Below are positions 1-10,894 of a stretch of DNA of 64,000 nucleotides, piece after piece. How positions within the stretch are numbered: position 1 is the stretch's first letter; the number at the start of each line of letters is the position of its first letter. A model generated the notes under the pieces. It made no database searches. It had not been told where the DNA came from and saw only the letters and a list, made by a program, of their open reading frames with translations. Where the stretch lies: positions 800,001-864,000 of the forward strand of contig CAWFJP010000003.1 of assembly GCA_963816145.1 (NCBI GenBank), read 5' to 3'. The position numbers and the translations under genes were made by a program. This stretch comes from an uncultured delta proteobacterium (lineage in GTDB: Bacteria > Desulfobacterota > Binatia > UBA9968).

Positions 1-272
1 ACCTCGGCAACGTCAATGCTGCCACCCACCAGAGTCTGAACCGCGCGCGCTCCCGACGCGATGTAGACCAGCTCGACGTCCAAGCCGTGGCGTTGAAAGA
101 TGCCGGCTTCTTTTGCCATCCATGGCAGCGCAAACGCCGCAGTGATCGCAGCGTAAGCAACCCGAAGTTTTTGCAGCCCTTCAGCGGCACCGGCGGTTTG
201 CCCAGTGGAAAGCAACGCCAGGAAAATTGCCGTGCCGAGTAAATTGTTTCTGGAACAGAAGAATTTCGTCAT
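1..272 (-). CDS. NMT1/THI5 (SsuA/TauA-like) ABC substrate-binding protein, 5' part only (runs off the window edge)
   Basis: Manual translation from ATG at 272: MTKFFCSRNNLLGTAIFLALLSTGQTAGAAEGLQKLRVAYAAITAAFALPWMAKEAGIFQRHGLDVELVYI...; AGGAG RBS upstream; signal peptide plus W.AKE.G.F...GLDVEL motif. Confidence 0.85.
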   Translation of the reverse strand, partial: MTKFFCSRNNLLGTAIFLALLSTGQTAGAAEGLQKLRVAYAAITAAFALPWMAKEAGIFQRHGLDVELVYIASGARAVQTLVGGSIDVAE

Positions 273-325
273 CGGTTTCTCCTATCTGCGACTCCGTCAC
301 TTTGAAGTTAGGGTAATCGGAGTTA

Positions 326-516
326 CTCCCGCAAAGGCGCAAAGCACGCAAAGTTCGGAATTGTTGTCATTTCGACCAAAGTGAGAAGTCTTTCCTAGAT
401 CCCGCGCATCCACTCGGGATGACGGGCCTCGGCCCGTCGCTTAGCGTCTTTGCGCGTTTGCGGGAGATCCCCCTCCTTCATCCTCCCCCGCACGCGGGGG
501 AGGACAGAGGTGGGGG
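326..516. repeat. Composite nested palindromic repeat (CGCAAAGGCGCAAAG arms enclosing a GTCATTTCGAC...GGGATGAC element, followed by a CCTCCCCCG...CGGGGGAGG hairpin)
   Basis: Inverted repeats visible; colinear homolog at 5937-6125. Confidence 0.8.
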
Positions 517-638
517 CACAATGACGCAACTCCAGTCCCGTCGCATTCGCTCCCGACAAGCTTTGCGGTTAAATACCTGATTCCGAATCTCTTCTTCCGA
601 CCTTCGTGTCCTTCGCGCCTTCGTGGTGAAGACTCTTT

Positions 639-1631
639 CTAATAATGCCCTTCGTCACCGCCGGCGTCGCCGGGGTCGGTGTCGAAGAACAATTCGTCCA
701 CCGACATCTCTTTCTTGATCAGGCCCTGCCCATGGCAATAGCGAATAATCGTTTGAAGATTTTTACGATTCGCTTCGCCCAAGCCATAGACCCAGGGATC
801 GGGGCCCAGGACTTTGCGTTCTTCCTGCCATTGATGGGCGAACCACGCCAGCGGCACGATACGCGGGTTGACCACGCGTTGATAACAGAGCTGCTTGGCC
901 TTCTCGAAGGCTTTCGCCAGGCTGACCGCGGCCCAGGGATACTTATCGACGATCTCCTGCTTGATCACGGTGACATGCATGATCGGGAAGATGCCGGTCT
1001 GCTGAAAGTACTCTCGCTCGACTTCTTTATAGTTGGGAAACAAGTACGACACCCTCGGGTCGCCAGTGACGATGGGCCTGGGAATATAGGGATTGATCAT
1101 CGCCGGGATCTCGCCCTCGGCGAGCATCGTGTCCATATGCTTTTCCGCCGGAATCATTTCGATCTTCAGCCCCGGCGGCGGCGTGAACTCGACATCTTCG
1201 CTGCGATCGACGACCCAGGTGATCGACTGATGCGGCACGCCGTACTGCTCTTCGAGGATGCCGCGCAGCCAGATATTGCCCGCCGGTTGAAAGTTGGTGC
1301 CGCCGACTCGCTTGCCGATCAAATCCTTGGGCGACTTGATGCCGGCATTGACGTTGACGAACGCAAAGCCATGGCGGAAGCGCCGGTGCAAAAACACCGG
1401 GATGCTGGTCACCGCCACGCCATGCTCGCGCGCCATGAAATAAGCGCCGACATTGAACTCGCAGACATCGTATTCGAGATTGCGCGCCATGCGCCAATGG
1501 CGCTCGCGCGGCCCATGGCTGGTCAAAATCACCAGCTCAAGCCCATCCGCCTGCACCGTGCCGTCTTTGAGCGCGCGGATGATTTCGTAATCGCCGCAGG
1601 CCACGGAAAGTTTAAGTTTTGCTGACATCAA
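639..1631 (-). CDS. 4,5-dihydroxyphthalate decarboxylase-like protein (SBP fold, no signal peptide)
   Basis: LSVACGDY...L.DG, P.F..R.FRH and YF..TGIFPIMH motifs; paralog at 56740-57703. Confidence 0.75.
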   Translation of the reverse strand: MMSAKLKLSVACGDYEIIRALKDGTVQADGLELVILTSHGPRERHWRMARNLEYDVCEFNVGAYFMAREHGVAVTSIPVFLHRRFRHGFAFVNVNAGIKSPKDLIGKRVGGTNFQPAGNIWLRGILEEQYGVPHQSITWVVDRSEDVEFTPPPGLKIEMIPAEKHMDTMLAEGEIPAMINPYIPRPIVTGDPRVSYLFPNYKEVEREYFQQTGIFPIMHVTVIKQEIVDKYPWAAVSLAKAFEKAKQLCYQRVVNPRIVPLAWFAHQWQEERKVLGPDPWVYGLGEANRKNLQTIIRYCHGQGLIKKEMSVDELFFDTDPGDAGGDEGHY

Positions 1632-1726
1632 TCGACTCCTTCAAGCGACTTGCGGTCCTGTAGTGTAGGTTTATGACTCTTCAGGGTTATGTGCGGGAAA
1701 CTGAGCACGACCACCTAGATTGCTTT

Positions 1727-2009
1727 CACCACGAAGTGTCCATGAGCGTACGCTCGTCTACAGAGTATGAAATTGCAGCCACACCCCAACCATCACAGGG
1801 TTCTTCCCTTGATTCGTCATGCCGGCGAAGGCCGGCATCCAGGGGAGGGAGGGGATGGATACCGGCTTTCGCCGGTATGACGGAAGCCTCGTGCCAATTC
1901 GTCGCCCAGATCGTACCTGCACATTTATTTTCGAATGAGATCACGAAGGACACAACGGGTTCGGATAATCCAAACTCCGAACTTCGTGTGCTTCGTGTCC
2001 TTCGTGGTA
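1727..2009. repeat. Composite repeat: CACGAAG...CTTCGTG arms with an internal GTCATGCCGGCGAAGGCCGGCATCC...GGATACCGGCTTTCGCCGGTATGAC palindrome (1815-1882)
   Basis: Inverted repeats seen directly. Confidence 0.75.
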
Positions 2010-2067
2010 AAAACTCTTTCACACTATACCCAGACAAACCTCGCGTATTGATCCGTCGCTCCATTTC

Positions 2068-3117
2068 TCATTGATACAGCTTCTGCACGAAGCCTTCCTT
2101 TTCAATCTCGTCGATCAAGCTCATGTCGACAAACTCGCCGGGGTTTCTTTGCCCGGCGTTGATCGAGGTAAGTATATTCTTGATCCCTTCCATTTCCGTG
2201 CGCGGCGTTCGTGCCAGGCGATCGGCGAAAAATTTGTAAGTTCCCTCCACTGCTTCGGCGTCGCTGATCTGCAAGTATTTGCGCAGAATTTTCAGGCTGC
2301 CCTCTCGATTGGTCTTGACGTAGTGCATGCCTTCGATCTGCCCTTTGAGAAATCCCTTGATCGCCGCGCGGTTTTGCTGCAAGTCGGTGCGCGTGACGAT
2401 ATTCGACGTGTTGGTGAAAAAACCGAAGTCGCCGATGTCGGCGAGCACGTTCATGCCGAGCTTACGCGCCTGATAGATCTCGGGATAGGACTGCACCGTC
2501 GCATCGACCTTCTTGGTTATCAGCGCAGCCATTCGCGCCGAAGTGCCGCCGGTCTGGAGCATGGAAATATCCTTGGGATCCATTTTCCACGCTTTGATCG
2601 CCATCAGCACTGCCGCGTCGTTGGAGCCGCCGAAGCGATTGATACCGATCACCTTGCCGCGCAGCTGCTGCGGCTCTTTGATCTCAGGACGGGAGACCAA
2701 CAGCATCGGCAATTTATTTTCCAAGGTCGCCACGATCACCACCGGCGCCCCCTGTGTGGCTCCGATCACGGCTGACGAGGCCGCGGTTTGCGTCAGTTGC
2801 AAGCTGCCGCCGACCAGCGCCTGAATGTTGGGCGAGCCGGCTTGGATCAAGATCGTCTCCAGATCGACGCCATACTTCTTGCTGAAACCCAACTCCCGGT
2901 TGACCCACAGCGGCAGCTGATAACCGGCCGTGCCGCCGTAACTCACCCGAAAGCGCATGGCTTCGGCGGCACCAACGTTCACCTGGAGCGGTCCAAAAGT
3001 TAAAACAAACATGATGGCGCAAGCCACTAATCCCCGACGATCTGCCATGATATTCATAAGTTTCACCTCGCTACTTTTAGCCCGACAACCGGCGCCGTTC
3101 GGTCCAACCGCCATCAA
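2068..3117 (-). CDS. NMT1/THI5-family ABC substrate-binding protein (true start probably near 3057)
   Basis: PLWV..E.GF..KYG.DLE and LRGK.IGI...G motifs; hydrophobic signal segment. Confidence 0.85.
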   Translation of the reverse strand: MMAVGPNGAGCRAKSSEVKLMNIMADRRGLVACAIMFVLTFGPLQVNVGAAEAMRFRVSYGGTAGYQLPLWVNRELGFSKKYGVDLETILIQAGSPNIQALVGGSLQLTQTAASSAVIGATQGAPVVIVATLENKLPMLLVSRPEIKEPQQLRGKVIGINRFGGSNDAAVLMAIKAWKMDPKDISMLQTGGTSARMAALITKKVDATVQSYPEIYQARKLGMNVLADIGDFGFFTNTSNIVTRTDLQQNRAAIKGFLKGQIEGMHYVKTNREGSLKILRKYLQISDAEAVEGTYKFFADRLARTPRTEMEGIKNILTSINAGQRNPGEFVDMSLIDEIEKEGFVQKLYQ

Positions 3118-3271
3118 ACCCTAACCGATAGCGACTTCTTGCGTCAAGACGAAGTTCACCGTAGGTCAACTCTGAGCCACCCTAATGGCAAAACAGCACT
3201 GCCGTTCGAGCATTTCCAGCCTTGTGAACGGTAGAAAGTATAAGTATTCTTGAGAGGCAAGGAGACCTCAC

Positions 3272-3571
3272 ATGGGCAAAGCAGCCGACATAGGTACGTT
3301 CATTGTGCTTACTCCAGAGGTTCGTTCTGGCCGAGCGAGGATCGCTGGCACCGGGGTCACGGTACGGCGCATCGTTGAGTGGTATAAGTCGGGCTTGAGC
3401 CCTGAGGAAATTGCTAACGAGATCGGCCATCTGACTCTGGCGCAGGTGTTCGCCGCGTTGGCCTACTACCATGCGAATCGGCAAGAGATCGAAAACGATC
3501 TCGCTCTCGAAAACGATCTCGCCGAGAAGCTGGAGACCAAACGATCGTCCGCCAATGATCACGGCACGTGA
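3272..3571 (+). CDS. DUF433 domain protein (putative antitoxin)
   Basis: P.V.SG.ARI.GT.V.V..I......G.SPEEI......LT.AQV.AAL.YY motif; GGAG RBS; 4-nt overlap with the next gene. Confidence 0.9.
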   Translation: MGKAADIGTFIVLTPEVRSGRARIAGTGVTVRRIVEWYKSGLSPEEIANEIGHLTLAQVFAALAYYHANRQEIENDLALENDLAEKLETKRSSANDHGT

Positions 3572-3927
3572 AGATCCGCCTCTACTTGGAGGAAGACTCC
3601 ATGACCCACGCCCTCGTCAGGGGATTACGAGCACGTGGCGTCGACGTGACCACCGCGTTAGAAGGTGACATGATCGAGCGCCCCGATGAGGCGCACCTCA
3701 TCTTCGCGGCCGAAGCGAACCGAACGCTATACAGCTTCAATGTCGGAGATTTCTACCATCTGCACAATAAATTCATCGCCGAACAGCGAGAACACGCAGG
3801 ATTAATTCTCAGCCGCCAGCAACAGTTCACCGTCGGCGAACAACTGCGCCGCCTTCTCAGGCTCATCGCGACGGTGCCAGCCGAAGAGATGAAAAATCGC
3901 GTGGAGTTTCTGAGCGCATGGGGTTAA
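3568..3927 (+). CDS. DUF5615 PIN-like protein (putative toxin)
   Basis: RLYLEED...L...LR.RG.DV, D...L..A....R...SFN..DF and H.G motifs; coupled to DUF433. Confidence 0.85.
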   Translation: MKIRLYLEEDSMTHALVRGLRARGVDVTTALEGDMIERPDEAHLIFAAEANRTLYSFNVGDFYHLHNKFIAEQREHAGLILSRQQQFTVGEQLRRLLRLIATVPAEEMKNRVEFLSAWG

Positions 3928-4019
3928 CAATTTGGATTTATCCACATTCCCAGGTCTCGATGAATCGGATTTCTGACAGAAGGCGTACGTGCGCCTTGTC
4001 ACGATTCGAGCCGGAAAAT

Positions 4020-5042
4020 TCACCGAATGATCTTGCTCGCCCGCGCCAATACCTCGGCCGGAATCGTCAGGCCGATCTGCTTTGCGGTCTTGAGGTTGAT
4101 CACCAACTCAAACTTCGTCGGCTGTTCGACGGGTAGATCAGCGGGCTTAGTTCCCTTCAGAATTCTATCGACGTAATAGGCGACGCGCCGGTAGCTATCC
4201 GCCAGGTCCGCGCCGTAGAACATGAGCCCACCGATGTCGATAAATTCTCGGTTGCTGTACACCGACGGTAGCCGGCTCTTCAACGCAAAATCCCCAATCC
4301 GTTGCAGGTTCCGATTCATTCGTCCGCCCGAGGTCACGTAGAGCCCGGCCGGCCGATCCTTCCCTAGTGCAGCGAATACCCTCTCGAAATCGTCCACAGC
4401 CCGTAAACCCAAATACCGAGCGGTTAACCCCAGCCCACGCACCGCCGCTGGGAGATCCTCTTTCACCTCGATCGTACCGGACGGAATGGTCGCATCGTAG
4501 AGAATCGCGACACGACTAAGTTTGGGAACAATATCTTTGAGGATCTCGAGCCGCTTTCCACCGAGTTCTCTCGAAAGGGTTGTGAGGCCGGTGACGTTGC
4601 CCCCGGGACGGGCAAGGCTTTCAACAAGCCCTAGTTCGACAGGATCACCCGAAAGAGCCGCCATAACGATTGGAATCGTCTTGGTTGCATTCTTAGCCGC
4701 CAGGATTGGCCCGGACCCTCCGGCTACAATAATAAGGTCAACCTTGAGCCCCACCAGGTCGGCGATAAGCTCAGGAGCGCGATCGAGCTTTCCCTGCATA
4801 TACCGGTACTCGATAACGATATTCTGTCCATCTATGTAACCAAGTTCGCGCAGGGCGTACCGAATTGCATCCGAACGGAGGGACTCAAGAGTTGGGTTGA
4901 ATGCGGAGAAATACCCGATCCGGGAAACTTTCTTCGGCTGCTGCGCCTCGGCAAGCGAAACACTTACCAGCAGGACAGCTAAGACTAACCGAATCATGTT
5001 TTTCTTTTTCATTGGCTCAATTTCGATTCGCTGCCGACTCAT
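4020..5042 (-). CDS. ABC_sub_bind (PF04392-type) substrate-binding protein, outlying copy (start may be 5012)
   Basis: AQQP.K..RIG, DPV..G.V.SLARPGGN.TG and PADLPVEQPTKFELVINLKTAKQIGL motifs. Confidence 0.9.
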   Translation of the reverse strand: MSRQRIEIEPMKKKNMIRLVLAVLLVSVSLAEAQQPKKVSRIGYFSAFNPTLESLRSDAIRYALRELGYIDGQNIVIEYRYMQGKLDRAPELIADLVGLKVDLIIVAGGSGPILAAKNATKTIPIVMAALSGDPVELGLVESLARPGGNVTGLTTLSRELGGKRLEILKDIVPKLSRVAILYDATIPSGTIEVKEDLPAAVRGLGLTARYLGLRAVDDFERVFAALGKDRPAGLYVTSGGRMNRNLQRIGDFALKSRLPSVYSNREFIDIGGLMFYGADLADSYRRVAYYVDRILKGTKPADLPVEQPTKFELVINLKTAKQIGLTIPAEVLARASKIIR

Positions 5043-5057
5043 TAGCCTTAGATGCTT

Positions 5058-5897
5058 TCAACTTTTGGCGTGAATCCCTGCGCCCATCACATAGTCATAC
5101 AGATTCGCCACGTTTAGCTGCATGACCCGCGGCGCCATGCCGTCTTGCTCCACGTCCATCGGATAACGATCCGTGAGTGCCGTCAGGTTGGCGAGGCATT
5201 CCGCCTTGCTCATACCACGCCCGACGGTATTGCGCACGTAATCCACCCACTCTTGAATGAACGCCTCTTGTTCATTCAAATAACTCTTGTCGCACACTGG
5301 CCCGTGGCCGGGGACCAGCGTCTCTTCCCGCAGCGCGCGGAGCGCATTCAGAGACCTCAGCCAATTATCCGGCTGCCCTTCCTGTATCCACGTCTGTACC
5401 TTGCAGAAAATATTGTCGCTGGTGAAAACCACGCCTTCCTCTTCGACCACAACCGCCGCTTGATACGGCGTGTGGCCGGGCATGTGGATCATGCGGAAAG
5501 TGTGATTGCCGACATGCAATTTCATTTCAGTTTCAAAGGTAATCACCGGCGCATTGGCTCGGTAGTTCTCGAGTAACTTTGGCTCCTCCGGGCCGAAGGA
5601 CGCGACCCGCGCCAGATGCTCGGTCATGTTTGCCGCCAGCATGCGCGCGCGCACCCCCGCGTGTGCCACCACCGGCACGTCGAAGAATGCGTTGCCGGTC
5701 CAGTGATCGCCATGGGGTTCGGTGTTGATAATGTAGCGCAGCTTGCCGCGCCGCTCGATCTCCGCACGTAAGCGCACCGCATCACTCGGCTTGTGCGGCG
5801 TGTCGATGAGGACCAGCCCATCCGAGGTCGTCACCAAGCCATGATTGGCGCCCTTCTGCTGGGTTTCGATGACTACGTTACTCGTCAACTGCTGCAT
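5058..5897 (-). CDS. MBL-fold metallo-hydrolase (cyclase-like)
   Basis: INTEPHGDHW (HxHxDH variant with first His replaced by Glu), GHT, SD and PGHG motifs. Confidence 0.85.
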   Translation of the reverse strand: MQQLTSNVVIETQQKGANHGLVTTSDGLVLIDTPHKPSDAVRLRAEIERRGKLRYIINTEPHGDHWTGNAFFDVPVVAHAGVRARMLAANMTEHLARVASFGPEEPKLLENYRANAPVITFETEMKLHVGNHTFRMIHMPGHTPYQAAVVVEEEGVVFTSDNIFCKVQTWIQEGQPDNWLRSLNALRALREETLVPGHGPVCDKSYLNEQEAFIQEWVDYVRNTVGRGMSKAECLANLTALTDRYPMDVEQDGMAPRVMQLNVANLYDYVMGAGIHAKS

Positions 5898-5936
5898 AAG
5901 TGATCCTTTCTGCTGTCATCTCGGAGAAGAATGATT

Positions 5937-6125
5937 CTCCCGCAAAGGCGCAAAGACGCGAAGCTCGGAATTGTTGTCATTTCGACCGGCGGGAGAAATC
6001 TCTCTCAGATCCCTCGCATCCGTTCGGGATGACGGCCTCCGGCCCGTCACCTTTGCGCCTTTGCGGGAGATACTTCCCCCTCCTCTTTCCTCCCCCGCAT
6101 CGCGGGGGAGGATGAAGGTGGGGGT
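5937..6125. repeat. Composite nested palindromic repeat, homolog of 326-516
   Basis: CTCCCGCAAAGGCGCAAAG...CTTTGCGCCTTTGCGGGAG enclosing GTCATTTCGAC...GGGATGAC, then a CCTCCCCCG hairpin. Confidence 0.8.
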
Positions 6126-6152
6126 GCGACCTATGTGTTCTTTGTGGTCATC

Positions 6153-7932
6153 TCATCTTCTCCACTCGACCTGCCGCAATACTCCGGTCGCTTCCATATC
6201 CAGCTCGAACTCTCGACCCGATTGCCGGATTACGACACCATACTCGCTGCGAGCGGCATCCATCGAAACATATCCCGAGCGCACGTCGGCGAGCACGCGC
6301 TGCGGATCGCGTTCCAGCGGATTCCAGAAGCCACCGCCACCGCCGACCTCAACGATAAAACCGTCGCCGGCATCGAGCGGCACGATGCCTGGGGTCTTGC
6401 CGGTGCGCATTTTTTCGATGGAACCGTCTTTTCGCACGACGGTGAAACGATTCGCCAACGCCTCCCCGCCGCCGTAGAGTCCCCAGGGCGCGCATAGGCT
6501 CCGCTCCATCGCCGATAACACGTTGCCGCGCGACAGCAAGCGCACCTCCTGGGCGACGCCCAGGCCGCCGCGAAATTTTCCTGGGCCGCCGGAATCCTGG
6601 CGCAACTTACGATGGACGACGATCACCGGCGCCTTGCCTTCGGCCGCCTCCACCGGCGTGTTGTGGGTATCGCCGTCGTTAATACAGAAGGTCGCGTTCT
6701 GGCCGTCCGCGTCGCTCAAGCGCGCCCCAGCCGCCGCCGGAGAGCAGCGGCGGAAAATGGAAAGATCGACCGGTTGCGGGATCAAGACCGAAGAGCCGGG
6801 TCGCCGCCAGATCGGCGTGATGCCCGGCGAGAATATTCTGCGGCGTCGCCTGCGCCAACGCTTTGAAAATTGTATCCGCCACCGTCATCGGCACGGTCAT
6901 CCAGGTGCGCACCGGCGCCGGCTTGGTCGCGCTGACGATCCGACCCGGCGGGAGAATGATTTTCAGCGGCCGAAACGAGCCCTCGTTGATCGGCAGCAAT
7001 AACGGCGTCGTCAAGAATTTGAAAGCTACTTCCGACGCCGAACGCCCAGCAGTCGCGCCGGAGTTGTATGGACCGGCCACCTGCGGGCTCACGCCGCTCA
7101 GATCGACGGTCAATTCGTCGGCCTTTACTTCGACCCGTACCTTGATCGGGATCGGTTTGCCAATGATGACGCCGTCGTCGTCCATGAACGACTCGGCCTG
7201 GTAGACACCGTCGGGAATTTTATCCACCGCGGCACGCGCCAGCTTTTCGCTCTGGTCGAAGATGAGTCTGATACTTTGCTTGAAAGTCTCGGCGCCATAG
7301 CGTTCCAGCAGCCGGTTGAGCCGTCGTTCGCCGGTACGTATCGCTGCGATCTGCGCGCGAAAATCGCCCATGGCGAAGTGCGGTAAGCGGCAGTTGCTCC
7401 GGATGATTTCCGTCAATTCCATGTCCTGCTTGCCGCCTTTGAATATTTTAACGAACGGCATCTGCAAACCTTCAGAAAAAACATCCCGCGTTACCATGCC
7501 CAATACGCCGCCGACATCCTGCCAGTGCCCCATGGACGACGAGAACGCGATCAATTCGTCGTCATGAAAGATCGGCAGCGAAAAGATCATATGGTTCAAG
7601 TGGCTGCCCATCACCTGCGGGTCATTGGTGAGCAAGATGTCGCCGGGATGAATATTTTCCTTGCCCCAATGCTTAAGCTTCGCCTTGATCGCGTCCGACA
7701 AGCCGCGAATGAACATGGGTAGGCCGAGTCCAATGGAGATCGTATTGCCGTCGGCATCGAACAGCCCGACCGTGAAATCCTCCGCTTCATAGATGATCAT
7801 GTTGTAGGCGGTGCGCATGAGATTGGTCTTCATCTCATCGGTGATCGCCACCACGGAACTGCGAATCACCTCGGCGGTGAAGGCATCAACTCCGGCCTCG
7901 CTTTGCGAGGCATTACAGATTGCAGATTCCAT
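6153..7932 (-). pseudogene. Hydantoinase B/oxoprolinase family protein split by a single +1 frameshift near 6721 (possibly a sequencing error)
   Basis: EM...L.RTAY..IIYE..DF, ND....SHL, GGGWGA, NTPVE..E and DSGG.GKFRGG motifs spread across ORFs 6679-7932 and 6153-6785. Confidence 0.8.
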
Positions 7933-8130
7933 ATTTCAAGCTTGTCGACTAAAGCCTTAAAGTCAGCTAGCTATAATTGAGACTCTTTGCTTCATGGACT
8001 CACTGTAATCGAAGAGCTACTATCGATCCACAGAAAGGTTGACGCGCAAATGATAGACGATTTATTGTTACTCATGTTCATGTCCAGGGGGAATACAGGC
8101 ATGGCGTGCCTGCTATAGGAAGCTAGATTC

Positions 8131-8361
8131 ATGGCTAAGAATCCATTATTGACCAAAGAGAAAATAAGAACCAAATACCCTAATCAGTGGCTGCTCCTGG
8201 AAGATTTCGAACTAGATGCATCGACCACTCTGCTCAAGGGGAGAGTAATCGCCCACAGTAAGGATCGCGATGAAATTCATCGCGCCCTTAAGAAGCATGC
8301 GGGAAACCTCTGCGTCCATTTCACCGGCACGGTCGCTCCCGATACTGGAGTTATTTTCTAA
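8131..8361 (+). CDS. Small DUF5678-like protein (putative antitoxin-like partner)
   Basis: I..KYP.QW.L......GRVIAHSKDRDEI pattern; stop overlaps the start of the aspartyl protease. Confidence 0.65.
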   Translation: MAKNPLLTKEKIRTKYPNQWLLLEDFELDASTTLLKGRVIAHSKDRDEIHRALKKHAGNLCVHFTGTVAPDTGVIF

Positions 8362-8765
8362 TGCCCCGAGTGGTGTTCGATCCCTCGGTCTCATCAATTG
8401 TCGTTGACCTCTTAGTTGAAGCCGTCGATGGCCAGTCGTCTCTTGTTATACCCGTCGTGCTCGACACCGGAGCGAGCTTGACGATCTTAGCTACCGATAT
8501 CATGGCCCGGCTCGGGTACGACCCCGCCCATCCCGAGCTCGACCGACAACGGATCGTAACGGGAAGCGGTGTTGAATATGCGCCACGAACCGCCGTACGT
8601 TCCGCGACCGCGATTGGGCAGAAGGTCGCCAACCTCGATGTTTTATGCCACGACCTACCTTCCGAGAGCGGTGTTGATGGTTTGCTGGGTCTCAACTTCC
8701 TCAGACACTTCAAACTCACGATCCGCTTTCGCAAAGGTATTATCGATCTCAGCCGCGAACGTTAA
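8361..8765 (+). CDS. Retropepsin-like (clan AA) aspartyl protease
   Basis: LDTGAS catalytic motif and DGLLGLNFL motif. Confidence 0.9.
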   Translation: MPRVVFDPSVSSIVVDLLVEAVDGQSSLVIPVVLDTGASLTILATDIMARLGYDPAHPELDRQRIVTGSGVEYAPRTAVRSATAIGQKVANLDVLCHDLPSESGVDGLLGLNFLRHFKLTIRFRKGIIDLSRER

Positions 8766-8828
8766 TCAACTTCTCCTGAGTTACACCGAGCGAGACCGCA
8801 GATTGTTTTCACGCCTTCCGCCTCACGT

Positions 8829-9818
8829 CTACTTGATCACCCTATCCGCCCGGAACAACACCGATTGCGGGATGTTAATACCTAACGCCTTCGCCGTCTT
8901 GAGGTTGATGTCAAACTCGAACTTCGTCGGTTGTTCGACCGGCAAGTCGGCGGGTTTTGTGCCTTTCAAGATTTTGTCGACAAAAGTCGCGGCGCGGCGA
9001 AACTGCTGCATATCGTTGGCTGAATAGGACATCATTCCGCCGGCGTCGACCCAAGCGCTGCCTTCGAACATCGAGGGCCATCGATGCTTGATCGCCAGCT
9101 CGGTGATCCGCTTCGAGTTATAGAAGATCGGGCCGTTGGTAATCGCTATGAGCGCTCGCGCGCCCGCCTTGATTCCGGTTCGGAACGCGCCTTCGATGTC
9201 CGGAGTGGATCCGCGCACGGTGAGTGATTGAAGCTCAAGCTTCAGGGCACGCGCTGCGGACTCATAGTCTTTATAACCCGTAGCCGACGCCGACTCGTCC
9301 GCATCCCGAAGAATTCCTACGCGCCCTAACTTCGGAACCGCTTCCTTGAGCAACTCCAGCCGCTTCCCGCTCAGGTCTCGCTGGAGGGTGGCGAGTCCCG
9401 TGATATTCCCGCCCGGGCGCGCCAAGCTCTCGATCAGCCGTTCCGAAACCGGATCGATTTGACTCACCATTATGATAGGAATCGTTTTAGTCGCCTCTTT
9501 TGCCGCGCGGATGGCGGCTACCATCGGTAAGACCATAACGTCGACCTTGAGTCGCACCAGTTCACCGACCAGCCCGGCTATAGGCTCCTGTTTACCCTCC
9601 GCGCCGCGAAACTCAATCACGAAGTCTTTGCCGTCGACATAGCCGAGCGCGGCCAAGCCGCGCCGCAATTCTTCGACGTAAGGTCCGGGTTTGGCGGCGC
9701 TGCCGGTTCCGGAAATATAACCGATACGGGGAATGTTCTTTGCCTGCTGGGCGCTGCTGCGCGAAGCAACCGCTAGTAAGAAAGTTACCAGTAAAGCGAT
9801 AAGTAATTTATGAATCAT
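8829..9818 (-). CDS. ABC_sub_bind substrate-binding protein (array member)
   Basis: Family motifs; signal peptide ending in AQQ. Confidence 0.9.
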   Translation of the reverse strand: MIHKLLIALLVTFLLAVASRSSAQQAKNIPRIGYISGTGSAAKPGPYVEELRRGLAALGYVDGKDFVIEFRGAEGKQEPIAGLVGELVRLKVDVMVLPMVAAIRAAKEATKTIPIIMVSQIDPVSERLIESLARPGGNITGLATLQRDLSGKRLELLKEAVPKLGRVGILRDADESASATGYKDYESAARALKLELQSLTVRGSTPDIEGAFRTGIKAGARALIAITNGPIFYNSKRITELAIKHRWPSMFEGSAWVDAGGMMSYSANDMQQFRRAATFVDKILKGTKPADLPVEQPTKFEFDINLKTAKALGINIPQSVLFRADRVIK

Positions 9819-9850
9819 TAAGCCCTTCTTACTGTTGCCTATTGCCTTCT

Positions 9851-10832
9851 TCAGCGGATTACTCGATCCGCTCGTGCTAACACGTTGGGCGGCACGGTCA
9901 AGCCAATCTGCTTGGCGGCTTTCAGATTGACGGTGAATTCGAATTTCTTCGGCTGCTCTACGGGAAGATCAGCGGGCTTGGCACCTTTGAGAATCTTGTC
10001 GACATAAGTCGCGGCGCGGCGGAAAAGTTCGGGATAGTTGGTGCCGTAAGTCATTAAACCACCGGCCTCGACATACTCAGGTCGGGCGTACGCCGCCGGC
10101 AAGCGGAGCTTGGCGGCAAGATCGACAACTTGTTGACGTTTGAGATTGAGGATCGGATTGCCCAGCACCATGAGTGCGTCGGCGCGCCCCTTGGCGGCGG
10201 CGCGAAGAACCGGTTCGATATCCTTGGCATCTTGAACATCCAGATAACGCAAATAAATTTCTTATGCGCCGGCTGCCAGCACAGTCTCTCGCAGAGGCTT
10301 GCGCATCCCCGGGATTGGTCGAATTACCAATCACGGCGACACGCGAGAGTTTGGGCTTGATTTCCTTCAGCAGCTCCAGTTGTTTGCCGCTCATTTCCGG
10401 TGAAAGAGCCGAAAGACCCGTAATGTTGCCTCCAGGTTTCGCCAAGCTAGCGACGAAGCCGCTGCCGACCGGATCGGTATCTTGGGCCATAATGATCGGT
10501 ATCGTCGTCGTCGCCTCCCTCAAAGTGCGCGTTATCGTCGGCCCGGCCGAGACAATAAGATCGACTTTCAGACGCACCAGCTCGACAGCGATCTCGCTGC
10601 GCCGCTCGGGCTTCAAGTCTGCGGAGCGCCACTCGATTATAATGTTCTTACCGTCGACGTAACCGAGCTCGCGCAGACCCTGGCGGAATCCGTCGACGCG
10701 CGCCGCGATTGACGTCACCGGTGAGTCGGACTCAAAGCCAATTCGCGGAACTTTCGCCGGCTGCTGCGCGCGGGCGGAAACAGTTGGCAGCAACAAAGCT
10801 GTCAGCAACCAAACAAATATTTTTCTTTTCAT
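9851..10832 (-). pseudogene. ABC_sub_bind substrate-binding protein pseudogene
   Basis: +1 frameshift near 10295 plus an in-frame TAA near 10262 (GDAQA/LRETVLAAGA*EIYLRYL). Confidence 0.8.
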
Positions 10833-10894
10833 TTTTTGTCTCCCGTAGTTTGCCCGCGCTTTGCTCTTCCTACTGACTTCTCACTTTTAACTTT

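Noticed and set aside
645-1625. Long opposite-strand ORFs over genuine genes (also 37645, 40472, 55607, 56753, 61934)
   Set aside because: Expected stop-poor antisense or alternative frames in high-GC coding DNA.
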